Assembly (NCBI GenBank): GCA_964057225.1
Contig: OZ059896.1
Span: 17,422,001 to 17,486,000 of the forward strand
Direction of reading: 5' to 3'
Origin: Auanema rhodensis
Lineage: Eukaryota > Animalia > Nematoda
Length of the DNA stretch: 64,000 bases
The notes under the pieces are model-generated. The model searched no databases and had not been told where the DNA came from. It saw nothing but the letters and a program-made list of their open reading frames with translations. The position numbers and the translations under genes are program-made. This document shows, piece after piece, positions 12,700 through 28,347 of the stretch (position 1 is its first letter; every line of letters begins with the position of its first letter).

Positions 12700-14634
12700 T
12701 TACAAGAACTTAAATGATTTGAGATATCAGATCCCTAAAAAGCAAAAATAACAGTTGAAATATTAACAAACTTCAAACCTTTACACTTTTAGATTCATTA
12801 GTTATTTTCGCTATACGTGAACCAAACTGCATAGCTTGCTTCGGAGAATCATGAGGAGCGTCAAGTTTAGCCAATGTCTAAAGAACAACACATTGAAATT
12901 ATTTGAAACAAATTAGAACTACTCTTCGAATCAATCGTTTTTCACCAACACCTCTTGGTAACGATAAATCACACTTCGAGAGAATTGGTAACTTATTTGC
13001 CCATTCGACTAAATCATCAGACAAGAAAGGCGCCCTGTAAGTGATTTTTTAAATTTCTTTGATGATTATAGAACAAACGCTAATCGTTTATTGTGTTGAG
13101 ATGCTACTCTAGCATCTCTACCTCCATTTCGACCACCAAGTCGGCAAAGTTCACTCTGGCATTCCTATGATTATGTATGAGATGTATTGTAGAAAATAAT
13201 AATTTCAAACCTCTGTTACTGATAAGTGACCATCTTTTTGAAAACGTGTTCTATGTCTGGCATAACCAGCGTAAATTTCATCTGCGCCACTTCCAACGAA
13301 AAACACTGTTGAAGTACTTCTAGAATAATTCAAAACTACTTAATATAACCATTAAAATTAGAAAAACAGACAAGAAAAGAATATTTATATACCTTTCTTC
13401 TTTTCCAGTTTTATTATTAAATCCTTTGCCATCGAGAGCAAACCATAATACTGAAGCTAATGAATCATCCAACACAGAGAGGCATGGAGCTGCAGCCTAT
13501 ATGTCCTTATATCCTAATAGAACTTGGTTACCTGTACTCACCTTAGCTATGTACAATTTTCTTTTGTCTTCCAATTCATGTGCATATACATTTCGAAGAA
13601 GTAAACGTATATTATGATCTGGATATGCTCTACACAAGTGATCAAGTGTTGAAAGAGCTCGAGATCTGTCTGGTGCACACGAGAAGCTCTGAAAAAAAAA
13701 CAATTTTAAATTTCCATGAATTCGAAAGAAAAACCTTCTCATCTGTTCCAAAAGCTACATTTATCAAGGAAATGGTTGTATTGATGGGAACAGCTTTCGC
13801 AAGAGCATATGCTATAAGCAAACTATCAACACCACCAGAAAAAGCAACAGCATAATCCGTCTGATCTATATTTTATAAATTCAATAGATAATTGGCAGAA
13901 TGAGCCAACCTCCAGCTAATCGCGAACAATGATGGACTAGAGAATCAAATAAACAATTAACTTCTTCTTCTTCATTACGACTTTTTCCAAGATCCGAAGA
14001 CACCTGGACAAAGAAGATATTACAGAAGATCATAATATATAATACCTCAATCATGCCTTTCTTATCTTCAACAGAGGTAGATGCTGTATTATTTAAAGCA
14101 AGCTTCCAATTTTCACAAAATGCAGGATCTAATGTTGGAATCATGTAATAAAAATGTGATCCTCTACTTTCCAGATGAATACTGGTTACTTGAGCAAATG
14201 GTAACTCATGCCACTGGTTCTGAAATTTGAAGGAGCACGTCAGAAGTAATGAAAATGGAACTGACTGAATTTCGCACAGAACAGCCTATTATCAATTCTT
14301 CATTTGTGTTACTGAATACCAAACTTGTTCGACCAAATATATCTCTACCAACAAAAATTTTATTGATTTCTGCCTAAGAATTTATGAAGAACATTGAAAG
14401 CATGTTGAGGAACTTATGAACCTGGTAAAATATTATACTATATGCTCCTTTTTGATTTACAATCCATTGAATTATCTCATCTTCTTTATTTAAGGTGAGC
14501 AAATGAGCAGGATCTATTTCACCATCGTAAAAGACAGATGTCTTATTAATCGTCAATACTCTGTCATTTTCTACATAAAAAAGATCTTCATTCTTAAGAA
14601 TCCATGCAGATTCAAATATAATACGCTTTATCAT
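12700..14634 (-). CDS. Asparagine synthetase domain-containing protein 1 (ASNSD1-like)
   Basis: GRDIFGRTSL, AFSGGVDS (PP-loop), APDR, GSGADEIYAGYARH, KQAMQFGSR, terminal KGSD. Confidence 0.88.
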
Positions 14635-15048
14635 CTAAAAAAAGGAAAAGAAACATGTCCAGAGTACTGATGAAATTCTTAACAGGTCTTTAAATAATGC
14701 ATAGGATTAAAACTTAGGCTTGTATTGAAAGTTAAATTTAAAAAAATAAAAATAATTTATTGATTTCATCGAATAAGAAACGAATAATTTCGGAATGAAG
14801 GACCCAATATTGTACAATAATTAACACCTAGTTAAGCACCATTAAAATTACGGGGTTAATAGGAAGATTACTTTCAACATGAATAAATTAGTAGCAAAGA
14901 GCTCAAACATCTTGATATAAATTTGTAACTGAGAAGGAAAAATAAGCAGGCTTTAAAGTTATACAAAACTATCATACCCGACAGCCATAAAACATATTAT
15001 CACAGTATTAGAAAACAAAAATACCAGTGAATATTAACATAAATATAT

Positions 15049-18000
15049 CTATGAAGTAAAATTTGGAACAACTTTTAGTAGAAGTAGGGTTTGATAAGCT
15101 TTCAGAGTTATGACTAGTTGACTTTCTAATAGAGGGTCACTATGACTGCAAGGAACAACATCTACAACGGTTGGATACAGAGATACCAGTTGTGAATATA
15201 GTTCAGTTAACGAAGGATTCCTAGAAATAGCCTTCGTTAAGCATTAATTAACCAGAAACTTACTTCACGAGGCGATTTATTAAAGATTCTACAGCTTGCA
15301 GGGCGGATACCATTTCAGCAAGTCTTGTTCGGGGTAAATGTAAATCCCCTGAACCGCTCCAATCTCGAACAAAATTGCCCATTACCTGTAGAATTTGAAT
15401 AATTTTCTGTCTTCAGGATAACCTGACTTACTTGAGTACATCGTTGTAAGAGACTTGATACAGCAACATGGCCTAGACTTCCGTCGCCATCGTTCGAAGT
15501 AGAGAGTAGAGCATCAAAACAAGCTCTAGCCAATTCAGTTCTTTGCGTGTGAGCATCTGAAGCTGAACATCGTTTTCGGTTACGTAATGCATGCGAGTTA
15601 GAGATTTGAAGAGGACAGTAAGAAAACAACAGAATTAACAATGAAAATGCTCACCTAACACATCATTTGGATCCAACTGGCATATCGAACCACGGTTCAA
15701 AAGAGCTATTAATCTTTGCACAGCAGAAGAGGGGATAGCTGAAGAGTGACTGAGCAGTTCAGTTCTTATGAGATCAATGGCTTGGCATTCAGTTAATTCA
15801 TCGCGTTTTCTTTCGTCAGCAGCCAATCTGGTGCATGTGCTAGAAGAACTCAAATAAATATTTTTATGAATAAACTTTCTCATACTTCGGTGTAAACAAG
15901 AATTTCTCCAATGTTTCGCATATCGCAGGCCAGAACTTTGCAAATTTTTCAGCTGCAATATGAATTTAAAAATAAGAATTTGATTTAATTATATCTCACG
16001 ATTCTGTCTTGCACAGGGAATGGAGGATTTTAATACAGACATTAAAGAAGAAGCCGCCAATTTCCAAGTAGTTGTGGAAATACAAGTGTATTTGATGTAC
16101 AATGGCTCCGCCAAGAACTAAAATTTAATTTTGTTGAAAAAAAAAGAGAACATCAAAATTACTTGGACAAGATCAACAGCTACTAAAGAATCAATAACTT
16201 CTGGATATGAAGCAGTGGTTGTGAAAAATTCAGTAGCCATACGAAGGGAGGTCTCCGCAAAAGGTATAACACATTGCAGAGCCCAATCTCTCTATAAAAA
16301 CAAAGATTTCAAAAATAATAAACTAAATAGCAAACATAGTTCTTTCCAGGTGGTGCTGTCCTTGGGTTACTTCTAACTGCCAATGCTGCAAATCTTAATA
16401 AAAGACGAATTTGATCAGCAATCGCTCGTCGCAAGGTAGTGGTTGGAGAAACACATTCCTAAAATAGTGAAGGCTTTAAAATGGTAACAGAAAACTTCAA
16501 ATACGTTGTATGTTGTCCGAACAGCGTCTAGCACGGCTTCTTGCGTAGGTGTAAGCTGAGATTGTGTTGAAGGCATAATGAAAGGAGCTTGTTCAGATGG
16601 TACTGGAGCATTAACCAGGCTCTTAAAGTCATATGTTGAAAAATAATATTATAACTATATAGAAACCTCTATTACAGAAGGCAACTGTTCATATAATAAT
16701 TCTTCAGCAGGTAAGATTTTTGAGACACGTTCGAATAAAGCAGGGAATATATGAAGCAAAGTTGTTAGATGAGATGGTCCAGGAACATAAGCTCCCTTTG
16801 CCAACCCTCCTAAATAAAACATCTTATTAAGAATATAAATACTCAAAAACCTTGTGGAAGAGTTGCTGCGGAACCCAACTTAGCCAGACCACGAGCAATA
16901 CGATGCCAAGACTTAACAGTAAAAATAGAGGACAAACATAAAAATAAGCTCACATTCCAAGAATCCAGCCATTGATTTTGAGGTAGGTTAGGAATTTGTT
17001 CGTTGCAAGCGTTTTCTGGATTACTTAAAAAGTTTCATCAATTAAGGATCAAAAATTCGCGAAATCATACCTGGCAGAACGATCACGAGTGTTCATATCA
17101 AGTGTCTGAGCTGACACTCTTCCAAGTAAAATTTCCTAAATGACATATACGAAATGCTAGTGTTTTGTGAATATTTTTACCTGAAAACTTTTCAACGCTG
17201 ACAAAGAGAGCTCTGCGTTCTCGTAGCATGAAGCCCATTCAATATATGATAGTATAGCTTCCCATGCTGATGGAAAATCATCTGTAATACGAATAATTAA
17301 ACCGAAAAACTAAAATACAAATATACCTAATTCAAGAAGTACTTTTCGTTGAACATTAAACATTTTACAGGCCGCAGATAAGGTGTTGATGCAAGTTTCA
17401 GTCCATTGCTTCTGTTCTGTGTCTCTGGAGTGATGCATTATGAGTGAACTAGAAGATCGCTCATTTGAAGCGCTTCGTGTGTTCGATCGTACTCGATCCA
17501 GAAGTGGCATTATTATCTACAAAACAACCTTTGTAGAAAATAACACACCAGTGCAACATACCTGCCAAACCATATGAGTCCAAGTAACGGGTCGAAGAGC
17601 ATGACCATGAGCAGCAACAGTTTGGAGGAAGGTTTGACAAGCGCTTTTGCGAACTGAATGTCTTGTATCGACACACAGTTCGGATAAACAGGTATACAGA
17701 ATCAGCCAAACATTTTCTGCTCCATCCGGTCCAACAGTGTCTGTCTTTCGATAAACATAATCTGAGATTGTCCACTAAATATTGAAACATGACAAAAGTT
17801 TTCATTAAGCAATCTAACCAGCAAAGCTAATGCGGATAACGAAATGTTCTGATCAGTCATTTGTTGGCCATATCTTGATATAGCTTCAACAAGTGAGCCA
17901 ATACAATTAAAGGGAAGTGATTGAAGGAAATCAGCGGAAATTAATCTAATACCCAAATATCCTTGTCTAACTATTGTTTCATCACATCTAAGACAACACG

Positions 18001-21000
18001 GTCAGCAAATCATTGGAAAACTACCAAACTTACTCTGTTCCCTTTTCCACAACAGATGATACAATGGTAATCAAAGTACCCCAAGATGATGGATGAAGTT
18101 GAGATCCTTCAGTTTGTAGAATAGACATCAAACATTCCAATTGTTTTCTTCTCGCTTCTGGGAAGCTAGATTGACTAAGAGCCAACAGTGTTTGCAAACA
18201 CATAGCTTGATGTTCTTCAGAGGAGTTTCCAGCTTTGGATTTCAATGCTTGTCTTATGAGAGTAGTTAATATGGCAGCAGCCCATTCTCTCAGAATAGGG
18301 GAATTATGGTTACTGATCTGAACAAAGAAACAAAAATAACATATAAAAGAGCTAATGCAACCTTCAAAAAATGTTGTGTTACTCTTGGCCACAATTTTTC
18401 CACACGTGTTAGATTACTCAAACAGACTCTTAATAACGAAGCAATGGGATGAAATGAGCAATCCTTTCCAGTAGCAGCTACAGCAACTTGTTCTTCAGAG
18501 AGCCTAAAGGTTTAGAACAATTATGAATTAGATTCAGATACTACAAACCTAATCAAAGCGTCAACCATTTTTTCCAAATTCTGTTCATCGAGAACAGCAG
18601 AAGTAAAATTGATTTTATCCAAGAAAGAAGCCTACAATGAAATAGAAATTTTAATAAGAAATAAAGTGTGCGGAAGCAAACCAAAACAGGAACTTCAGCC
18701 ACAGCAGCATTAGTAACTGTAACCAAAACTGATGAGTTAGAATCGGCATCTGATTTTTCACGAACGAATAAACCCCCAGAAGAAGGTTTTATGTTCAATA
18801 GCCATGATAGGTGTTCACATGCAGTTAATGATAAGTACCTAATTATAGTGAAATCAGGTAAAAATAATAAAAGAAATGTTACCAGAAATCTTGGAGCATT
18901 TGTGCGTGACCTGTTACAACACCCATCAAAACTCTGGCTGCTTGTAAATTTCGAGATGAAAGCTGAAACATAAGGAAGTAGTTAAAGAATGGTATAAAAT
19001 ATTAAATAACTTACAGCAACCTGCTGCGTCCATAGCTCAGAAGAAACCATAGAAGTTGGGCATGGACAACCAGTAGCTACAACTTGCTGGAAGCTGTGAG
19101 AAGGCTCAGCTTCACTTAAAACACCTCAAAAGGAAATCATAAAATAATTGTATGATTGATAAAAATATACCTTGGTCCGGAAGTTGTTCCATAGCAGAAA
19201 TTCCGGCAAACTTGTTCAAGTAATGTGAAGTTGGCAAACTAGCTGAGCACAGAGTGTAAAGTGACTGTCTAGTACATCTTTCGACTCCAAGTTTGCAACC
19301 AATAGCTACCAGAGTAGATACACCACAAAGCAGTAAATCAGTTACAGTTTCTTCGACACTGTAGAAAAGAAAAATTAAAAATAAAATTAAGCAAGAATAT
19401 ACCTAGCATTAAGCAATATGGAGAAGCCACACAATAAACCAGAGAAAATACTTTCATATAGAGATAAAGCTACAGGAATATTACTTTCACTACTCTCATT
19501 ATTCTCTTCTTAAACACGAATATTTAAAATAAATATATGAAAAAGAAAGATTACCATTCTGAACCATATGATCGATAGCCACATACGAATTTTGAGTCAT
19601 ATCTGCTATCATTGCACAACATCGAGAGATCACATAACCATCAGGAATTGAGCATGGCTCATGTCTTTCCAAAGAGTCCAATCTATTAAATACAAAAGAA
19701 ATAACAATGAAATAGCATCTGTGAATTACAAAATGGTCTTTTTTGTTGATAGATGTTCGATGTATGGAATCCAAATGCCTCTCAGATAAAATCCTGGACT
19801 ACCCGATTGTTGGTTTAATTCACTATCGTTTAATTCACCATCTTTATTATAAAAAGCATAAATTTGGAAAAAATAGCATTACTAACCTGAACTATACTGA
19901 TTTGATACAAATCCTTGCTGAATTACATTACAAACGCCTTGGGCTATTTGTTTTAACAGCTTTGCTGAAGTTCCTTGACTATCAAAATTTTCGCTTATCC
20001 ATCTTAAGATATTATAATTCTAAATCCAAAATTTAAAAAAACCTTAATATCTCAGAGCTAGCTATTATTCTATGTAGTGCTTCTAAAGCTAACGGCCTTT
20101 GCCATCCTCTCTTATCTGCATCAACAAACTTTAGCAAATGAGAAATAAATATTTCACTTTCAGTTTGCTATAAATTCAATAAATTGAAAATTCATAATGG
20201 ATAATGAAAACAAACCAAGAGGTGATGATAAAATGTTATAAGAACAACAACAATTCTAATTAACCGCATAGCAATAGGGAAAAATGGTCTTTCAGGTGGC
20301 ATATTCGACACATTATGTTGCAATTTGCTTGAGGGATGCTGCGAAGAAAGCTATAAAAAATATATTTTTAAGCAAATAAAATAAAATAAAATAAACATAC
20401 ATGAACAGTTTTAAAGTTAGCAGAGAAAAGTTTGATGATTAACTGGCAAACCTCTTGTTTAACTAGTTGTCCAAGTTCAGCATGCTGTAAGATAAACGTA
20501 TTTAAAAAAACAGTAAAATTTATACCTTCAGAAAAACACCAGGATAACTCTTCAGAAGTGATTCTAATAGTTCTAACCCTAATGTTCGAGTTATTTCTTT
20601 GATCCCCACAAGCCATATTGGCGGCTCAGCATTTATAAGCAAACACAAATCCTATACAATTGTGTTTTATTTTATCTAATTTAATTTAATTACGCTTCAC
20701 CAAACCTTAAATAGCATATACGCATCAGCTGCACATGGTCTCAAGGTGGGAGGAGCTGATCTTGATGATGGCCTGCCACCAGATGGAGGTACAACTGTGA
20801 GATCTCCACTGAAAACTCCATCTTCCTTAAACATAAAATGTAAACATATAGTAACAAACAATCCACCTGTATAACTCTCTCAAACACACCACCTACTAAC
20901 TGTCTAACAGCAGCTGATGCAGCATTTATAACGACGGTATCTTTGGCAAAGTGCATTCGGAAACACATTACAATACACTATAAAGTCATTAATATATTCC

Positions 21001-21544
21001 TTAGTTACTGTATACTAACTTTAGCTAAATTGTTTCCAGTCACCAGAAGGTCTGCAGATACCAAAGGAGGTACGGTTTGAAGAACTCGAAGTTCTTCACA
21101 TTCTGATTCGACGAGGCACCATAGCTCATTCACAACAACATTGGCACAACTCTTAAATATTTTAAAATAATCAATCATCCTAATCAAAGCGAACCGGCTC
21201 AAGAATTCGATGTTGTACTAATCTCTGAATTCCTTGTAATCCCACTTGCACCAAACGTGATTGTCTCGTCCCACAAGCTAAGGCCAATGGGTGAAGCAAT
21301 TCACTTGAAGCAGCACGCAAGTTTGTTAACAACGAAGAATCAGAAGAAGCAGTACTAATATTTTTCACTCGAACAACTCCTGACTCTGCCGCCTAAAGTG
21401 ACTAGCTTTAAGTGGTCAAATTAACAAAAGCCACACCTCTTTTACATGATTATATTTTTTTTTAGATTCAGTAGAAATTAGTCTGAGATCTCCAAGTAAA
21501 GCTTCAACAAGCTTTTTGGAGTCCGCCGGTCCAACGACCGACAT
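15049..21544 (-). CDS. mon-2: MON2 (Sec7-like Golgi/endosome scaffold)
   Basis: N-terminus [17 protein letters not shown]...[10 protein letters not shown]...[10 protein letters not shown]; ELRVLQT; [29 protein letters not shown]; [17 protein letters not shown]; many short introns. Confidence 0.93.
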
Positions 21545-21760
21545 CTACACAAACTGCTGAAGGAAATTATGAAGCTAAGACTATAAAATTTGAAATAACC
21601 ACTGGGATAAAACCAATTGATATGAAAAACAAGATATTCATGAGATCGATTTACCACATAATGTCAAATGCATTATACACGCAGTACACACGTAACACGT
21701 GTCATTACATTAAATTAATACTTATTATTTACATGACTAGATGAAAAGTTTTTTAAAAAA

Positions 21761-24002
21761 TTATTTGATTTCTCGATGTAGAGATGGTTGAGGTTTTGCT
21801 GCTAATAATCCTAGGACGTTTTCGGGAATCCAACTCTGCAGAATATCCAGAATATATGATGCAAGTGTCTTTGAAATCACAAGAAACTACAATTAGTTAA
21901 TAAATCATCGAATAATATATTTTAGGCTAACCGTTGAATATATATCGTTTGCATTGCTGGGATAGTAGTGAATAAGAATAGCCAAGAGTCCAATGAATAG
22001 ACAACAACAAGTTTGAACAACGGACCAGAAGGTTGATTCCTTTTTCGGGAAAATAGAGACGTCATGCCAGCCTTAATAAGAAAACTAGCCTTTACATAAT
22101 GAGATTAGTAACATACAAGGTAGCAACTCTCGATCGCCCATTTCAATAGAACTAGAATAGGGATAACAGAAACCTCCCAAGGGAAATCGTGAAGTATATT
22201 CAGCAAACTCTAAAAATAAGAAAATACTAACTAATTCAGACCGTAGAAGAAAACCTCCTTTCCAAACAGCTTCAAGTAATTGCAAAGCACCATCAATCCT
22301 TTTCCAGTGTTGAATATGTGCAAAGGAATATGATATAGCTTCAGAATCCCCTCTTCTTAGATAATGTTCAGGTGGAAGAATCATTGATTGTTGTTCTGAA
22401 ATTTTATGAAAAACATGATAAGCTTTAACCATTATATATCTCACCTAAAAGATAAATAGGAACATGAGGGTTATACTCTATGGCTCTAATAATAGCTTCA
22501 ATAGCTGTTACCTCTGCGGTTGTCAACCCTCGCCTCTGAGACGAATCAAATATGAACCTGAATTAGGAAAATTATATCTAGTCTCAAATTATTAAATCTT
22601 ACTTATCAGAAACAGCCCTAGCTTTTAGCAGTGCAGAGGTATAACTCATTACAGCTGATCGAGGTTCTCTTATATCTGAGAAAAATCAATAAAACAACAG
22701 GAGTACAAAGAACCTACCATCATATCGAACGAGAAGACCTTGAACATCAGCATATGCTTGAACTTCCAAACAAGCCTCAATTAGATTTTCTTGAACTCCC
22801 AATACATTACTAATGGAGCCTTCACGTACAATCTACAATAAAGTTAGAAATTATAAAAACTAAGAAAAGTCCTGACTTCTTTGAACATTTTTATAGAGTC
22901 CCGTAAACGACCTTGTTTTCTGGCACACATAGCTAATCTCCGCCGAATATACATCAACATGTTTAAATCACGTCCTACAGTTATATTTCAATTTAAAAAA
23001 TGTATTTTCTAATCTTACTTCTTGATCCCTGCCTTTGGTATGCATCTAATGAAAATTTCTCATGCGATACTAGTTGACTTCCTTGTCCAGAATTCAAACT
23101 TATCTCCGTTGCTCTAAGTGCCCGTCTTTAAAAGAGTATATACATATATCGATATCTAAAAAAATAAGAAAATTACTTAAGTACAGCTTCAGCTTCGGCG
23201 ATTGTTGGACAATCTTCTTCTGCAAGTAAAACTAAAGCTGGTGCACAATCCTCGTTGATTCGTAATGCTTCTTTGGCTGCTGATATTCGAGCAGCGCTAT
23301 CGCGTTCTCGAAAAGCAACATTCATGACTAAACATAAACATATGTGCCCATTTTTACCACGAAAACTCACTGTCATAATCAGGCCGATTAGAATCTTCTT
23401 CACAAGTAAAAAAACTTTGATGATCTTGAGCAGACAAATTCATATCGTGAAATGTTAAGGGATCGAGAGTAACAATAGATTTGAAACGGTTATATTCCGC
23501 TCCTCGAAACAGCGCCATCGGATTTCTCCAAACTTTACATTCTAAAATAAATAAATAATATTTGAAAAGGAATTGAAAGATCACCAGCAATAGGCTTGGA
23601 GTTTTCAGAGGCATCCTCATTATCACTGCCATCCTCACTTGTTGTGTCAACGCTATTGCTAAACCTGTAATAAAAATACACTGATAATACTTTTCAAAAT
23701 TCTTACCACCATTCAAATATTAAAATTATTCCCGACACAAGACTAGAAGTACCAGTGAGAGCGACGTAAAACTTTGGAGTTAAATTATAAAAATACGAAG
23801 AAGCTAAAACGATATCATAACTAAAATATTTTTGAAGAAGTTTACCTGATGAAAACATATTAACATTTTCCAGCGATTCACTCATCTTTGAAGATGATGA
23901 TCGGAGAAATACAAAGAATATGATAACCAATGCAAGCCAGACGAACCAGATATAGGTCCAAGACCTAGATGATACGTAGTTTTTCAATTTCGAGAATATC
24001 AT
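21761..24002 (-). CDS. Suppressor of tumorigenicity 7 (ST7) homolog
   Basis: [26 protein letters not shown]; [17 protein letters not shown]; [17 protein letters not shown]. Confidence 0.93.
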
Positions 24003-24413
24003 ATGATTCTTATAAACGACTATTCCTAATAAGGAAAGCGTTCATAGATTGAATGGGAAAGACTATATAAGTCAGAAGCAGAAATAGATAAGCCTCTCCT
24101 TCCGTATAGCACAATAAATATTTTTTTCAGTGAAACTGTTTTTGATACGTAGTTTCTCGTGACCATATATGACAGTACGCAATAAATAAATGCGTGTTTA
24201 TTGCGAAGATTCGAATTATCTCCTACAAGCAGATTTTAAAAAAACGGCAATTTTATCCTTTTCTGTCTTGAAAAATTTTTAAATTATTGTTTATAAAGTT
24301 GTTATTTACTTTTTTATGCAAAAACTTTTTTTCCAATTTTTTTTTAAATTAAGAATTTTAATTGTTTCTATTATCATTGTTAGTGAAATATTTTTAAGCT
24401 TTAAAATTTTAGT

Positions 24414-25045
<632 letters not shown>

Positions 25046-25406
25046 TGTGGAAATTAATTATATAAAATCGTTTCAATCACTCAATTCTAAGCTAAAAATA
25101 TTCATCTTTTGAGGCAACACGAGAGGTAGTTTCTGCTATGCCCATTGTGTATGTGTATTTCGGACTTTCATTAATTTGATATTATTTTTCAATGGCATGT
25201 CTCCCCAAAGTTTATTTAGAGAATGTTTACTTTTAATCACATTAATGTCCCCCGCTGTAGCCCAAAATTCTAATATGTCATAGTTTAAACCTTTTCCTAT
25301 GTCTTGTCCGGTTCTTTATCTCGAGTTTTTTTGTTCTCATTCCTGTATAATTATTCATCCAATTTTTCTTAAATAAAGCATTGTTGTTGAAAGATTTTTT
25401 TAAACT

Positions 25407-26042
25407 ATGGCTGAACTACTAAAAGATGCTGTACTTCTGAGACAAGATCTTACTGAAGTTACGGGCGGCGAAGCACTGGAAGGGAAGGTTTGAAGATTAG
25501 GTGTGCTAAGTGATTCAGTACTCTGCTATTTTACATAGGTTGTTGCTTTGTATTTCTCGGCAGGATGGTGCCCACCATGTCGTCAATTCACCCCAAAACT
25601 TGTTGTAAGTTTTAAATTTATATTAAAGAAAGAAACAATTATTTTGAGCGCTTCTATGAGAACGTGAAAAGTGCTGGAAAGCCATTTGAGATCGTTTTCG
25701 TTTCTCGAGATCGTGCAAAGGCTGACCTTGAAGAATATTTTGCTGATAAACATGCAGATTGGCTTGCATTGCCTTATGGAGACACTCGTATCCAGTAGGC
25801 GAAATCACTCTTTTTGTATTGATCAGTTATAACTTTAAGAAAATTTCAATCAAAATATGAAATCAAAACCATTCCTATCTTGCGTGTGATCAAATCTGAT
25901 GGAACTATGGTTATTGCTGATGCTCGTGCTCAGATTAATGTAAGTTATATGCATATATTCTGAGTTGTTATTATTTTTTTAGGATAAAGCCAAAGACGAC
26001 CCACTAGGTCTTTTCGAAAGTTGGTATAAACAATGCTTCTAA
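25407..26042 (+). CDS. Nucleoredoxin/tryparedoxin-like thioredoxin
   Basis: [41 protein letters not shown]. Confidence 0.92.
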
Positions 26043-26797
26043 TTCAAATTTCAATAATTCGCATGATTTCTCGCATTAGTTCTATACGTTTTTAATATTA
26101 CTTGAGAGAAAACTTTATTTTTTCTAAAAATTATCGATTATTTTTTTGATTTTTTGATTTTTCTTTTCATGATACCGTATATATATCTTCCTTGTATGTC
26201 GATTGTCCCTTATTAGCAAAGGATTCGGAATGCTTATGCAACATTAGATATATTGTAGCTTATTTGAGATCAAATAAACATTGAACAGTCTTTGCAATAT
26301 AAAGTTATTGAAACATGAAGTCGATAATGAGCAAAGCAACTAATAAGTTAGTTGAAGCTGCAAGTTATATCAGCTATTTAAATAATTACAAAATTATAAT
26401 TGATTTTTGCTCGGGGATTAAAGTTCCATTACAATTCAGAATATTTTAACACATTTCATTTAATCATTAATTTATATATAATAGGAAACTCATTGAAATA
26501 ACCAATTTTTGAAAGAAATCTTTAAATATAAGTTTCTTCAAATATTATGAAACACGAATTTGCTACAAACTATCACAAGTAGACATTTCTTGTTTTGTTT
26601 TTCAAAAACAAACGAGTGATTAGGGTTTTTCATATAATATACGTTTTGTCAAAGACAAAAGCAGCTCATTTTGTATTGAATTTCATTTTTTTACCGTTTT
26701 CTCACTTTCATTTCACGACGAGCTATAATATGACATTTTGAATTTGTCACTATCGCCTTTTTATCACTATTCTGAAGTTCTATCTATTCGAATCAGA

Positions 26798-28129
26798 ATG
26801 GAGAAGTATTTTCAACCAAAGAGGGCTTGTGAATTCTCATCTAGTCTTCAACAAGTGTGTGATATTATTCAATTCACTGAGCTATTCTTACTCCTTTGTA
26901 ACTTTTTTGGATTTCCTATATTTATACATTTTTGCTGCAAAATTACTTTACATGTCAATTTAAAGTACATTATCGGCTTTCTAGCGTATAATTTCTTTTT
27001 AAATGTTATTATTCGAATAATAGTTATTGTTACGGAACAAAAACTTTTTTTTGCGATAGAAATCTCAGGTATCTTCTATTTGAATCCAATTTTAATCATT
27101 TTCTATTCCCCAACTCTTCAGAAGAAGTCATTAACACAATATATAGTTTCTGTTTTCATGTTCATTTGTATTTTATCGAAGTTTATGTGTGCAGGTAACA
27201 CTGATATTCAGATTTTTTAAAAGTATTAACAAAAGATTTTAGCCAATTGGCTATATGTGTAGAACGTGTGGCAGCCACTTGTTTCATAAAAGATTATGAA
27301 ATTGCAAGAAGAACTTTCATTTATAAAACTTCAATATTCCTTACTTTCCTAGGTAGTGCTTTGGGGTCTCTAATATATATTTCATGTGAGTAGATGATGT
27401 AATATTTCGCATCAAAAAAATCACCTTTTAGCATTTGGAACATATGTTGTTGCCATTACTGCCATACTCGCAGCAATAAATGCTTGTTCCGGGTTCTTCG
27501 TAAGCCTGTACAACATAGATTATGTAAAACTTATATCATTCTAGGCTATGTATGCATTAGAAAAACGTAATAAGCAAATGTTGAAGAGTATATCAACTGG
27601 AAAGCAGAGCGTAGATGTAGATTATACTTTAAGCATTCGATTTCAGATACATGAAAATATTCATTCAACACAGGTCTTTAATTATAGTTTTTCATCAATC
27701 AATTGAAATATTTTAGTTAATTCGAAATGTTTTCATACTATATGCCTTAGCAAATTTGCTGTTTGTACCAGTCTTTATACTCGCCAAGAACAGCGGCTTT
27801 TTTGGAAATATTTGTATTAATCGTTTACTAGAACTTTCATTCAACACGCTAATCGTACTGTAAAGAAATAGTAATATATAAATATACCTTTATAATATTA
27901 ATTTTAGAAGTTCGACCGCTGTTCCAGCTATATCCCTATCATCACATCGTCAATATCGGGATTTAACAAAAGACACATGGCTGCTAGGTAAGCTCATCAT
28001 GTCATACTATTGAAATACTGATACATTTCAGGCCTTTTCTCAAAATATATGGACCACAAAGATGACACAATTGGTAAAACAGAAGAAGGAAACCTCTATT
28101 TTCAGAGGTTATCTCAACAGTGGCAATAA
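26798..28129 (+). CDS. Serpentine chemoreceptor, sre class
   Basis: LHVNL, CVERVAATCFIKDYE, YTLSIRFQIHEN, terminal YFQRLSQQW; start codon uncertain. Confidence 0.82.
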
Positions 28130-28347
28130 CTACAAACTTGTTCTTTTTTTGCATTGTAAATCATTAAAATTAGTCATTTTGTCAATAAAGAGTTTTAAGA
28201 TAAAGCGTTTTTGGTATTCATCTAACAGCTGATTAAATAGTGCAAATCAGAATTACGATTTCATTTTATGTTGAGAAATTCTATAATATAGTCACACAAT
28301 TTTGTTCAATTCAAAAAATCATTAGATAACTTCGCAACAATTTGAAA

